DNA of 64,000 bases, from positions 2,895-66,894 of the forward strand of contig CAXTRR010000013.1 in NCBI GenBank assembly GCA_964246795.1, read 5' to 3'. Positions 18,488-26,619 of the stretch are shown piece after piece. The notes beneath the pieces are model-generated. The model was not told where the DNA came from, did not search any database, and saw nothing but the letters and a program-made list of their open reading frames with translations. Position 1 is the stretch's first letter, and each line of letters starts with the position of its first letter. The position numbers and the translations under genes were made by a program. The DNA is from an uncultured Terriglobus sp. Its GTDB lineage: Bacteria; Acidobacteriota; Terriglobia; Terriglobales; Acidobacteriaceae.

Positions 18488-18888
18488 GTCACGGGTTTCT
18501 ACTCGACACCAACGTTCCTTCCGAACTGACGAAGCCCTCTCCGGATAAGCAAGTCGTTCGCTGGTTGGCGACTCAGCGCCACCTGCACCTAAGTGTCATC
18601 AGCATCGGAGAGTTTCGCCGGGGATTTGCTCTGCTTCCCTACGGAAAGAGGCGTCTGCGGCTTGAGCAGTGGTTCGATCAAACGCTTCTGCCATTGATCG
18701 CGCCTGAAATCCTACCTGTGACGCTGAGCATTGGTGAACGCTGGGGAGTTCTTGGAGCAGACTGCGAAAGACGCGGAGCTCCGCTCCACCTTGCAGATGA
18801 CCTGATGGCCGCAACCGCACTCGAGCATGACCTGACCCTGGTCACGCGGAACGTCAAGGATTCACCGTGCCTCATCTTGTCCTCCTAA
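18484..18888 (+). CDS. vapC: PIN-domain ribonuclease toxin VapC (FitB-like)
   Basis: MSHGFLLDTNVPSE (first acidic Asp), ...ISIGEF..., and LADDLMAATALEHDLTLVTRNVKD are the classic PIN/VapC motifs. The C-terminal end after RNVKD is atypical. Confidence 0.85.
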   Translation: MSHGFLLDTNVPSELTKPSPDKQVVRWLATQRHLHLSVISIGEFRRGFALLPYGKRRLRLEQWFDQTLLPLIAPEILPVTLSIGERWGVLGADCERRGAPLHLADDLMAATALEHDLTLVTRNVKDSPCLILSS

Positions 18889-19110
18889 ACTCCTGGACGG
18901 CATAAGCCATAGCTACGCCTGTTCGGCCTTGCGCGTATAGATGCTGGAGTGTGTGCGCTTTTTTGAATGCAGCCAGAACGTTGCGTTCCATTGTGAGAAG
19001 AAGCCGGTAATTCGGCAGATGTTCCCTGCGCGATACCTGCAGCTGCGGGAATCGCTGCGCTCCCTTACCGTAAGTAGAGAGCGCGTGAATGCCCACGTGC
19101 TGGGAGTGTT

Positions 19111-20457
19111 GTGTTGCTGAGGTGGTCTGCTGTTCTGCTTTGCCTTGCCGCCGGGATTGGTGGGCTCGCCGCACAGGAAGTTACGAGCGACAGGAACCTG
19201 CCGCCGATGGGTTCAGCTGAACCCATCGCCCAGAAGATTTTCCAGCGGACAGCCTCCACCGGCATGGTGATAGTGGCTGTGCGCGACGGCGAAGTCTGGA
19301 TGAGCTCCTATGGGGAGGTCGCGTATGACAAAACCGAGCGGCCCGGTCCGGACACGCTGCTGCGCCTTTGCTCCATTACAAAGGTTCTGACGACGGACCT
19401 GCTCGTCAAACTTGTCGCCGACAAGACCGTTGCCTTTACCGATCCGCTGCAGAGGTTCGCGCCGGCGGGCGTGACTGTGCCGACAAAGACCATCCATGGC
19501 GAGGTGGACCGGCCCGTCACGCTGGGCGACCTGGCCACGCACACGGCCGGGCTGCCGCGAGAGATCGCCTACCCTCCCGTGGGTGCGGCACACTTCACTT
19601 TCCCCGATTACGAGTTCCGCTGGCAATGGATGCCCGGCTTTCGCATGCGAACGCAGCCGGGGGAGGCTGCGCACTACTCCAACATCGGCTTTGACCTGCT
19701 GGCGGACGCGCTGAGCCAGGCCGCGCACAAGCCGTACCCGGAGCTCTTTGCGGAGCGCACGGTGCGGCCGCTGGGCCTGAAAGACACCACGCTGCAGCCC
19801 ACCGCGGAGCAGTGCTCGCGCTTGATGAGCAGCCCTAAGGAAGCGAACATGTGCACCACGACAGAGGCGGCGGCGGGCTCGGGTGGCATGTACTCCACAC
19901 CCCGCGACATGGCGCGGCTTCTGCGCTACTTTCTGAACCTGCCCGGTGTTCCCGCGCACCAGAACGGATTTTCGACAGCGGTCTACCTGCAGCCGGCGGA
20001 CCTGCGCAGCGTGCAGGGGCTGTCGCACGCGGGCGTGCCCACGGGCATCGGCCTGGGCTGGATTGAAATCAACCGCGAATTTGACGATGCCCGCATTATC
20101 GAGAAAACCGGCGGAGGTGCCGGCTTTCAAACCTACATTGCGCTCAATCCGGCGCACCACGCCGGCATGTTTATCGCACTGACGCAGAGCCGGCGGCGAA
20201 GCGCGGGCAATATGTTCCGGGAGGCGAATGACCTGTTGCTGGAACTGGTAAATCTGCCGCCGGTACCCGTGGATCCCGACGATCCGGAGCGTGAGCGCAC
20301 CGCTGACGAACTGGAGGAGGCGAAGAAGGAAGCGCCACCCCGGCGGCCGGCGGCCCGCTCCCGGCGTGTTCAGCTTCGTACCGTGACTGGGGCCAAGCCG
20401 AGCCGCAGGTCCGCAAAGCCTCACGGAGTAGCAGCAAATACCAAGCGCCGCCGCTAA
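19111..20457 (+). CDS. Serine hydrolase, beta-lactamase/transpeptidase-fold (class C/DD-peptidase-like)
   Basis: GTG start and signal peptide. SxxK motif LCSITKVLT, YSN motif (HYSNIGFDLL), and KTG-like EKTGGGAG. Basic ~60-aa C-terminal tail. Confidence 0.9.
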   Translation: MLLRWSAVLLCLAAGIGGLAAQEVTSDRNLPPMGSAEPIAQKIFQRTASTGMVIVAVRDGEVWMSSYGEVAYDKTERPGPDTLLRLCSITKVLTTDLLVKLVADKTVAFTDPLQRFAPAGVTVPTKTIHGEVDRPVTLGDLATHTAGLPREIAYPPVGAAHFTFPDYEFRWQWMPGFRMRTQPGEAAHYSNIGFDLLADALSQAAHKPYPELFAERTVRPLGLKDTTLQPTAEQCSRLMSSPKEANMCTTTEAAAGSGGMYSTPRDMARLLRYFLNLPGVPAHQNGFSTAVYLQPADLRSVQGLSHAGVPTGIGLGWIEINREFDDARIIEKTGGGAGFQTYIALNPAHHAGMFIALTQSRRRSAGNMFREANDLLLELVNLPPVPVDPDDPERERTADELEEAKKEAPPRRPAARSRRVQLRTVTGAKPSRRSAKPHGVAANTKRRR

Positions 20458-20479
20458 TTTTTTGAGTGACCCACAGAAC

Positions 20480-20519
20480 GGGTGCCCCACCTTCACCGCG
20501 CTTTTGGCGGTTAAGGTGG
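20480..20519 (-). repeat. REP-like palindromic element, copy 1 (inverted orientation)
   Basis: GGGTGCCCCACCTTCACCGC-GCTTTTG-GCGGTTAAGGTGG is a 13-bp imperfect hairpin plus a GGGTGCCCC tail. It is the reverse complement of the consensus seen at 36864-36910. Confidence 0.6.
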
Positions 20520-20556
20520 GATCGGGTGGCGGCGGAACACTCTGTAAGCGGAAGAA

Positions 20557-20605
20557 CCCCCTTAACGACGATAAAACCGTCGTGAAGGGGGGGGGGCACC
20601 CATTT
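20557..20605 (+). repeat. REP-like palindromic element, copy 2 (contains a G10 tract)
   Basis: CCCCTTAACGACG-ATAAAAC-CGTCGTGAAGGGG followed by GGGGGGCACCCATTT. G10 homopolymer at 20587-20596. Together with copy 1 it fills the gap between convergent genes. Confidence 0.6.
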
Positions 20606-20637
20606 CATTGAAGCCCCTGTTGTTTATCGAAGCCTGA

Positions 20638-21888
20638 TTACGCCATCGCCAGGGCGTGTACCGGCAGCTTTCTGCCGCGGACGGAGGCGGTGGAGCGGTG
20701 GTAGTCCGAGTGCCGCTGCAGCACCAGCGCGGCGGCGCCGCGCAGCCGGGACTGCTCCCCATCGCCGATGGCGACCAGCTCCGGCGGGGCACCCACGAGC
20801 ATGCGGTTTTCCAGCTCACGCTGCACGATGGGGCCGCTGCGGTGCCAGCAGGCGGTGATGCTGCCGGCGAAGAGCAGCAGCTCCGGGCTCAGCGCCGCGG
20901 TGACCATGCGCAAGCCGCGGCCGATCCAAACGGCCTGCTGCTCCAGCGCGGCAAGTGCAGTGGTGTTGCCAGCGTCGGCTAGCGTGAGCAGATCGGCGAA
21001 GCTGGCGGCTGGCGGAGTCCCGTGCTGCGCGCCATACATGCGGAGCACGGCGCGGGTGGAGGTGAACATCTCCCAGCAGCCGCGCTCGCCGCAGTTGCAC
21101 AGCGGCCCATTGGGATCCACGGGAATGTGGCCGAACTCGCCCGCCAGGCCGCCTTTGCCGGTAAGCAACTGCCCGTTGGCGAGCACGGCGGCGCCCACGC
21201 CCTCACTGATGGTGACCAGCACGGCGTTGCGCAGCTTCTGCCGCCGGCCAAACCACAGTTCGCTCAGCAGCGAGGCATTGGCGGCGTTGTCCATCTCCAC
21301 CTGCAGGCCGAGCCGGTCTTCCAGCACGGCTTTCACGTCGTAACCCTGCCAGCGCAGATTCGGGGCCCAGACCAGTTGTTGCGATTCCGGGTCAACGCGC
21401 CCCGGTATGCTGATGCCGACGCCCTCAAAGCTCTTGGAAGGAAAGCTGTTGCACAGCTGCTCCAGCACTTCCCCAATCCGGCGCACGCCAGTTTCGGCGT
21501 CAGAGGAGACGGAGACACTTTCCCGCGCGAGGAAGTATCCGTTCAGGTCAACGACGGCGCAAATGGCGTGGCTGCTGCGCAGGTCAACGGTCAGGATCAC
21601 CAAATCGGCATTGAGTGAGAGCATGGTGGGCCGCCGGCCGCGGGCGGTGTGCACCGTCGCGCCCTCCACAATCCAGCGCTCCGCCACCAGCTGCTCCACA
21701 ATGAGCGAAACGGTGGACCGCTGCAGTCCGCTGAGCCGCGCCAGGTCAACCCGGGCAATGGGCTGTTTGCGGCGCAGTAGCTCCAGGATGATGTCGCGGT
21801 TGATGTCACGCGCCAGTTCGCTGGAGGCTGGGTCCTCAGTGTGGAGATCGAAGCGGCGCTTGCCGCCGGCGCGGGTCATAGGAATCAT
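20638..21888 (-). CDS. ROK-family transcriptional repressor (NagC/Mlc/XylR-like)
   Basis: N-terminal wHTH INRDIILELLRRKQPIARVDLARLSGLQRSTVSLIVEQL. ROK sugar-kinase-like body with Zn motif GHIPVDPNGPLCNCGERGCWE. Confidence 0.9.
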   Translation of the reverse strand: MIPMTRAGGKRRFDLHTEDPASSELARDINRDIILELLRRKQPIARVDLARLSGLQRSTVSLIVEQLVAERWIVEGATVHTARGRRPTMLSLNADLVILTVDLRSSHAICAVVDLNGYFLARESVSVSSDAETGVRRIGEVLEQLCNSFPSKSFEGVGISIPGRVDPESQQLVWAPNLRWQGYDVKAVLEDRLGLQVEMDNAANASLLSELWFGRRQKLRNAVLVTISEGVGAAVLANGQLLTGKGGLAGEFGHIPVDPNGPLCNCGERGCWEMFTSTRAVLRMYGAQHGTPPAASFADLLTLADAGNTTALAALEQQAVWIGRGLRMVTAALSPELLLFAGSITACWHRSGPIVQRELENRMLVGAPPELVAIGDGEQSRLRGAAALVLQRHSDYHRSTASVRGRKLPVHALAMA

Positions 21889-22000
21889 TCGTACTACAAA
21901 CTGAATGCACTGGGCACGCCGGGCTTATTTAAGCTGGCCTAATTAAGCCGGAGGGTTAATAAAGAAAAGTGGCTTTCCCTTTATTAGCTGGAATAGGAGG

Positions 22001-22425
22001 ATGCCCGGCGAAATGGTCAAGAACCCGCGTCTGGGTCGATATGTGCAGACCATTGCCGGCGGCGAAACTGTCCGTGCCTTTGTACCAAACGCTGCCTCTC
22101 TCATTGCGGCTGATCCGGGACATGCACGGAAGGCTGCTGCAGAGCGGGCGCGGTGCTACCAAGGATCCCGGAGAGTTCCGGCGAACGCAGAATTGGATTA
22201 GCGGGACGCGACCTGGCAACGCCTTGTACGTACCGCTGCCAGTCAAATCAGGTCATGCGGGACACCGGCCTGAGCGCGCCCACGGTGAACGCCGCTCTTG
22301 CCGATCTCACCCGTCTTGGCATTGTGGCGGAGATTAGCGGAAGGCGGCGCGGCCGCGTTTTCAGCTATGCGGCATACCTCGACATCCTGAATGAAGGCAC
22401 AACTCCGTTGCCTGCAATCTCGTAA
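22001..22425 (+). pseudogene. Decayed Fic-family (Fic/DOC) gene
   Basis: Three frames carry Fic-protein pieces: LGRYVQTIAGGETVRAFVP (22001 frame), LIRDMHGRLLQSGRGATKDPGEFRRTQNWISGTRPGNALYVP (21969 frame), and C-terminal wHTH VMRDTGLSAPTVNAALADLTRLGIVAEISGRRRGRVFSYAAYLDIL (22153 frame). The HPFxxGNGR core is missing. About 425 nt remain, versus ~1.1 kb expected. Confidence 0.7.
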
Positions 22426-22792
22426 CCGTGAAACTCTCGAAGACGTGCGAAGATCAAACACGTTTTTTGTGGATGTGAAAGCTTCGGCCACGGATGCAGC
22501 TACGGACGCAGCCACGCACAGCTCCAAAGCGCATTGGGCGCAGCGGGCTGGCTCTGCCAACGTTCGCGCGGACTACCGCGTAAGCAAAGGCGCAACGCGC
22601 ATGGAAGAGAGTTACGTGGCGAGTATGCAGACGCAGGAACAGGGTGGTGACTGCACGGGCGTTCAATCGGCTCCTGCATTGCCAAGGGCGGGCCGTTGGC
22701 GCTACAGTGCGAAAGCCAACGATTTGCGCGGAGCAGTTGCTGTGTAAGTTCGCAAGGCAAACCAACTCTGAACGACGGAGACGCACGCACAG

Positions 22793-24034
22793 ATGGCCAA
22801 AGACCTGAGCCGCCGTAACTTCCTGCAGACCCTGAGCGCCGCCGGCATGGCCGGGGCTGCCGCCATGCCGATGATGGCGCTGCCTGCGGACCTGAATACG
22901 GGCGGCTTTGACGACGGCACGGTGCGGCATGAGGTGCTGCCGCCCGATCAGGATGCTGCGGCGCCGCCGAAATACTCCGTCAAGTTTGCCGTCTGCGGCA
23001 TGAGCCACGGCCACATCTACGGCATGATCGATGCCATCCGCGGTGGCGGCGGCGTGCTGGTAAAGGCATGGGGGCAAGAACCGGAGCTGGTGGCCGCCTT
23101 CAAGAAGCGCTTTCCAGACGTGCCGGTCGCGGCGACCCAGGACGAGATCATCCACGATCCCGAAATCAAGCTGGTCATGACCTCGCAGGTGAATAACGAG
23201 CGTGGGCCGCTGGCCGTAAAGTGCATGAACGCCGGCAAGGATTTCCTTTCCGACAAGCCCGGCATGACGACGCTGGCACAGCTGGAGGCGATCCGCTCGA
23301 CGATCACAAAGACCGGCCGCTTGTACGGCGTGATGTACTCCGAGCGGTTGGAGGTGAAGGCCGCCGTGAAGGCCGGCGACCTGGTCAAGCAGGGGGCCAT
23401 CGGCAAGGTCATCCAGACCATCAACATTGCGCCGCACCAGATCGGGCAAAAGCCGGGCGCGGATGCCGGTTCCTCCGGCCGGAACGGCGGGCGGCCTGAC
23501 TGGTTCTGGGTGGAGGAGCAGTTTGGCGGCATCCTGTGCGACATCGGCTCGCATCAGGTGGACCAATTTCTGTATTACACCGGCTGCACGGAGGCCGAGG
23601 TCGTGGCGTCGCAGGTGGCGAATCTCCGCCACCCCGACCACCCAAAGTTTCAGGACTTCGGCGACGTGATGCTGCGCGGCAACAACGGCTTTGGCTATGT
23701 GCGCGTGGACTGGTTCACGCCCTACGGCCTGGGCACATGGGGCGATGGCCGGCTGTTCATTCTGGGCACGGACGGCTACATCGAGTGCCGCAAGTACGTA
23801 GACGTGGCGCGCAGCAAGCAGCAGAACAATCTCTTCATCGTCGATCAAAAAGAGTCGCGCTTTATCGATTGCAACAATCTCTCCTTGCCCTTTGGCGCGC
23901 AGTTTGTAAGTGATGTGGTGAACCGGACGCATACCGCGCAGGACCAGGCGCAAACGCTGTTGGCGATGGAACTGGTCATCAAGGCGCAAAGCAAGGCAGC
24001 GCGGCCGCATCTAGCCTGGGAGGGCCGCGGTTAG
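22793..24034 (+). CDS. Tat-exported Gfo/Idh/MocA-family oxidoreductase
   Basis: Twin-arginine signal MAKDLSRRNFLQTLSAAGMAGAAAMP. Rossmann N-domain (KFAVCGMSHGHIYG) and a Gfo/Idh/MocA C-domain. Confidence 0.9.
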   Translation: MAKDLSRRNFLQTLSAAGMAGAAAMPMMALPADLNTGGFDDGTVRHEVLPPDQDAAAPPKYSVKFAVCGMSHGHIYGMIDAIRGGGGVLVKAWGQEPELVAAFKKRFPDVPVAATQDEIIHDPEIKLVMTSQVNNERGPLAVKCMNAGKDFLSDKPGMTTLAQLEAIRSTITKTGRLYGVMYSERLEVKAAVKAGDLVKQGAIGKVIQTINIAPHQIGQKPGADAGSSGRNGGRPDWFWVEEQFGGILCDIGSHQVDQFLYYTGCTEAEVVASQVANLRHPDHPKFQDFGDVMLRGNNGFGYVRVDWFTPYGLGTWGDGRLFILGTDGYIECRKYVDVARSKQQNNLFIVDQKESRFIDCNNLSLPFGAQFVSDVVNRTHTAQDQAQTLLAMELVIKAQSKAARPHLAWEGRG

Positions 24035-24283
24035 CCACCTTCATGAAGTGGACAACAGGACTGGATGTCATATCCATGCAGCTTTGCCGCAATGGGTGGC
24101 TTCGGAGTGGCGGCGGAACTCCCTACAAGCGGAAAAACCTTGTTAACGTCGATAGAGCCGTCGCAATATACAGTACGCAACCGCTGAACTCCGACCTCGC
24201 CGACGTTCGCCCAGATAGCTCGTGATTAGGAGAGTGTCCCGCTGAGACGGCTACTCTGAATCGAGGCTGGGCCGAAAGGCGCA

Positions 24284-25000
24284 CTATGCTTCATGCCGCT
24301 TGGTACGCATGAACTCAGCTTGCTTACCGATTTCTTCAGCGAAGGCTTGAATGAGCTGCATTCGTGCTGACTCATCTGCACACACTATCTCACGCAGCAA
24401 CTGTGAAAGGGATAGATTGTCATCTCCCGTCATGCGCCAGAAAGAATCAGACCAGACACGTTGCATGCGGCAATGGCACTCTACAAGCTGAGTGAGGAAC
24501 TCTCCTGACTTGAGATTACGGATTACCAACCATTTGCGATCACTATTGGCTCTTGCATTGCACTTGTCAATGAAAGTAACGATTTTGGTGCTGAGGACCC
24601 TGATACGATCGAGTTCTCGATTGGAGACCTGCTCTGGCCCTCTCGACCAGACGGCTACTGCATTTGCCTGAAGAAGCCTAGCTTCCTCCTTCTCGTCGAG
24701 GAGTATCGTGCCATGCGCTATCCCTCTGAGAAGAAAATCGTTATTGAGATCACGGCTTTGCTTGATGCGATTGTGTAGTTGAAGCGCTGTGATGAAGGAG
24801 CAATCCAAAATCGTCTCATTGCAAGCTATGATGGCGTACTCAAGGGAGATTTCGGACGAAATACAGATCATGTCCACATCACTGTGTGAATCGAATCTGT
24901 CACTCATCCGGAACCTGGAGCCGAAGCCAAAGACTCCTGTCAGTTGCCCGTTGCCAACTGATCTGCAGAAGGATCTTAGAAACTCTATGTCAACCGGCAA
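24284..25000 (-). CDS. Pol-beta-superfamily nucleotidyltransferase (antibiotic-NTase/KNTase-like architecture)
   Basis: GFGSRFRMSDRFDSHSDVDMI matches the G[GS]-x9-13-DhD NTase motif, followed by a helical C-terminal domain. The maximal ORF reaches 25108. An in-frame TTG at 25000 sits 2 nt after the upstream gene's TAG. Low-GC gene. Confidence 0.7.
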   Translation of the reverse strand: MPVDIEFLRSFCRSVGNGQLTGVFGFGSRFRMSDRFDSHSDVDMICISSEISLEYAIIACNETILDCSFITALQLHNRIKQSRDLNNDFLLRGIAHGTILLDEKEEARLLQANAVAVWSRGPEQVSNRELDRIRVLSTKIVTFIDKCNARANSDRKWLVIRNLKSGEFLTQLVECHCRMQRVWSDSFWRMTGDDNLSLSQLLREIVCADESARMQLIQAFAEEIGKQAEFMRTKRHEA

Positions 25001-25002
25001 GG

Positions 25003-25752
25003 CTATTGACTCAGGCGAATCAGAGGCAGTTGAGCGAAAATCCGTGCTCGAATCAGCATAGCGTCGTTGCCTGCTCTTTCCTGCACAGTAAGTAAATATT
25101 CCGCCCACTTCGCGCGCGCAACAGTGTATCCAGCCTCTGTCCCCAGGCGCGCGGACTGCAAATCCTTGCCTAGAGCTACGCTGTTGTGAAGTCGATCACG
25201 AAGCTGTTCCGCACTCTCTCCTTTTGTAGAGGCTATCAGCATGGATAGGCCAGCATCATGCTTCGCATTCCGCTCGGCAGTGAAGGCATGCGCGAGGCCG
25301 GAGTCATTTTTGCCTTCCCAGTGTCCGTCGCTGAAGATGACAACATCGAGAGCTGGGGCGACTGATCGGGCACTGGCCAATGTCCGTGCAAGTGGATGCC
25401 GCTCCTGGAGGGATTTCATGCGACCAATCGTCTCAACTGAATCCGCCGATCTCTCATGGGCATTGATGAGGGGGTTGACGATTCTGCGCTGGCCAGCTTC
25501 CAGTCCAAAGCCGAGAGGCCGGGTGGGGTTGTCCGTGTGCTCTAGATCGTCAAATGCCTGGTAGAACGAGCGGGTGCCGGACCCATCCTCAACGTCCCAT
25601 CTGATGACGTAAGCCACAATGGTCTTGCCGTATGTGTTGTGCATAATAAAGCTGGATCGACTTACGGCCGGATTCATCTCTCGCGATAGGGCGGCTATCT
25701 GAATGGCAGACCGGGCACTGTCTGCGGCAAGTGGTTGGATGACGGCGTGCAT
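25003..25752 (-). CDS. Hypothetical protein (249 aa), no recognisable family
   Basis: ATG 25752 (MHAVIQPL...) is preceded by GAGG. The upstream part of ORF 25003-25980 overlaps the preceding gene and encodes a poly-Arg artefact. No signal peptide or TM segment. Confidence 0.5.
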   Translation of the reverse strand: MHAVIQPLAADSARSAIQIAALSREMNPAVSRSSFIMHNTYGKTIVAYVIRWDVEDGSGTRSFYQAFDDLEHTDNPTRPLGFGLEAGQRRIVNPLINAHERSADSVETIGRMKSLQERHPLARTLASARSVAPALDVVIFSDGHWEGKNDSGLAHAFTAERNAKHDAGLSMLIASTKGESAEQLRDRLHNSVALGKDLQSARLGTEAGYTVARAKWAEYLLTVQERAGNDAMLIRARIFAQLPLIRLSQ

Positions 25753-25856
25753 GCGACTACCTCTACACTCCGACCAGCTTGAACGGACTGGCCTAAAGCG
25801 ATGCTCGAACAAAGAATAAGGGAAAGGAATAACCGCGTCATAGAGCCTCATTCTCT

Positions 25857-26417
25857 TTAAACGTTGCACCATATGTTGCCCATAAACCCGTAATAACAGC
25901 TGACAGGACCAGGTCCGCCGCCGTCTCCGCCTCCGCCTCCGCCTCCCGGCGGCAGAGGAACCACAATCGGTGGCTCCCATCCAGGAGGCTGAGCATCACA
26001 GACTGTCGAGTTGTCTGTTGCAAAAGAGATGGGTGGGCCGCCGCAGGCCTCTTGGGCAAAGGCACTACCGCGTGGCAGCAGATTGTAAAGATCTATTGCT
26101 GAGCCGACTCCGTTTATAGCGTCTACCGCGTTCCATCCGCCTTTTGAGGTGTTCTGTACAAAGTGATTCGGACAAGCAAGTCCTGAATAGACAGTTATGT
26201 CGAGTGTGCTGAAAAGCAAATATCCGGAACACAAGGCTTGAACGTTGCACTCAGTTAGTGTTCCGAAATACCCGCCGATGGGTGCGGTATCAGACGTATC
26301 GACGCAGTTCTGACCCGCGACAAAGACGATTTGGCCGGATCCTCTACTAGTGAAGGTGCAGGACAATGAAAGGAGTAGGAGAGAGTTTATGCGTTTGCGA
26401 GTCAAGCTAACCCCCAT
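25857..26417 (-). CDS. Secreted cysteine-rich protein with Gly-run linker and short C-terminal Cys-loop
   Basis: Signal peptide MGVSLTRKRINSLLLLSLSC. About 8 Cys in the mature part. PPGGGGGGGDGGGPGP linker encoded by the (CTCCGC)n repeat at ~25925-25948. The tail is VSCYYGFMGNIWCNV. No family recognised. Confidence 0.55.
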   Translation of the reverse strand: MGVSLTRKRINSLLLLSLSCTFTSRGSGQIVFVAGQNCVDTSDTAPIGGYFGTLTECNVQALCSGYLLFSTLDITVYSGLACPNHFVQNTSKGGWNAVDAINGVGSAIDLYNLLPRGSAFAQEACGGPPISFATDNSTVCDAQPPGWEPPIVVPLPPGGGGGGGDGGGPGPVSCYYGFMGNIWCNV

Positions 26418-26619
26418 GGGATAGCAGGAGAATTACACCGCAGCGTGCTTTGCAGAGTGAACGTTGATGAATTAAGAGAGCTTCACTGCAGAACATCGTG
26501 GGCCAGGCTTTCAGCCCTAAAATTACGGCTTGAGGCTGACCTGGGGCTTGCTCGGAACTTGTATGGCGAGTCTTGACCCCCTAAACTCGTGGCCGCATCC
26601 TGGGCCGCATCCTGGATGC

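Noticed and set aside
18872-19174. 100-aa minus-strand ORF overlapping the vapC end and the serine-hydrolase start (...MERNVLAAFKKAHTLQHLYAQGRTGVAMAYAVQEF...).
   Set aside because: It overlaps two better-supported genes. No family is recognised. It may be a relic of the mobile TA module, but it cannot be supported as a gene.
22454-24010. Very long antisense ORFs. Examples: 22454-24010(-), 19213-20496(-), 49721-50752(-), 61453-62616(-), 39431-40531(-), 34095-35297(+), 6996-8147(+).
   Set aside because: They lie opposite or out of frame to genes with clear family signatures. Their translations are Arg/Ala/Gly/Pro-rich with no motifs. They are the usual shadow ORFs of high-GC DNA.
24043-24225. 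Small ORFs on both strands in the 250-nt spacer at the island's right-hand edge.
   Set aside because: There are no start or RBS signals and no motifs. The minus-strand reading lacks an ATG or GTG start. Treated as intergenic.
25752-25980. Poly-arginine run (RRRRRRRRRRRR) at the start of ORF 25003-25980.
   Set aside because: It is the out-of-frame reading of the Gly-run (CTCCGC)n repeat of the overlapping Cys-rich gene. The real start of the downstream gene is ATG 25752.
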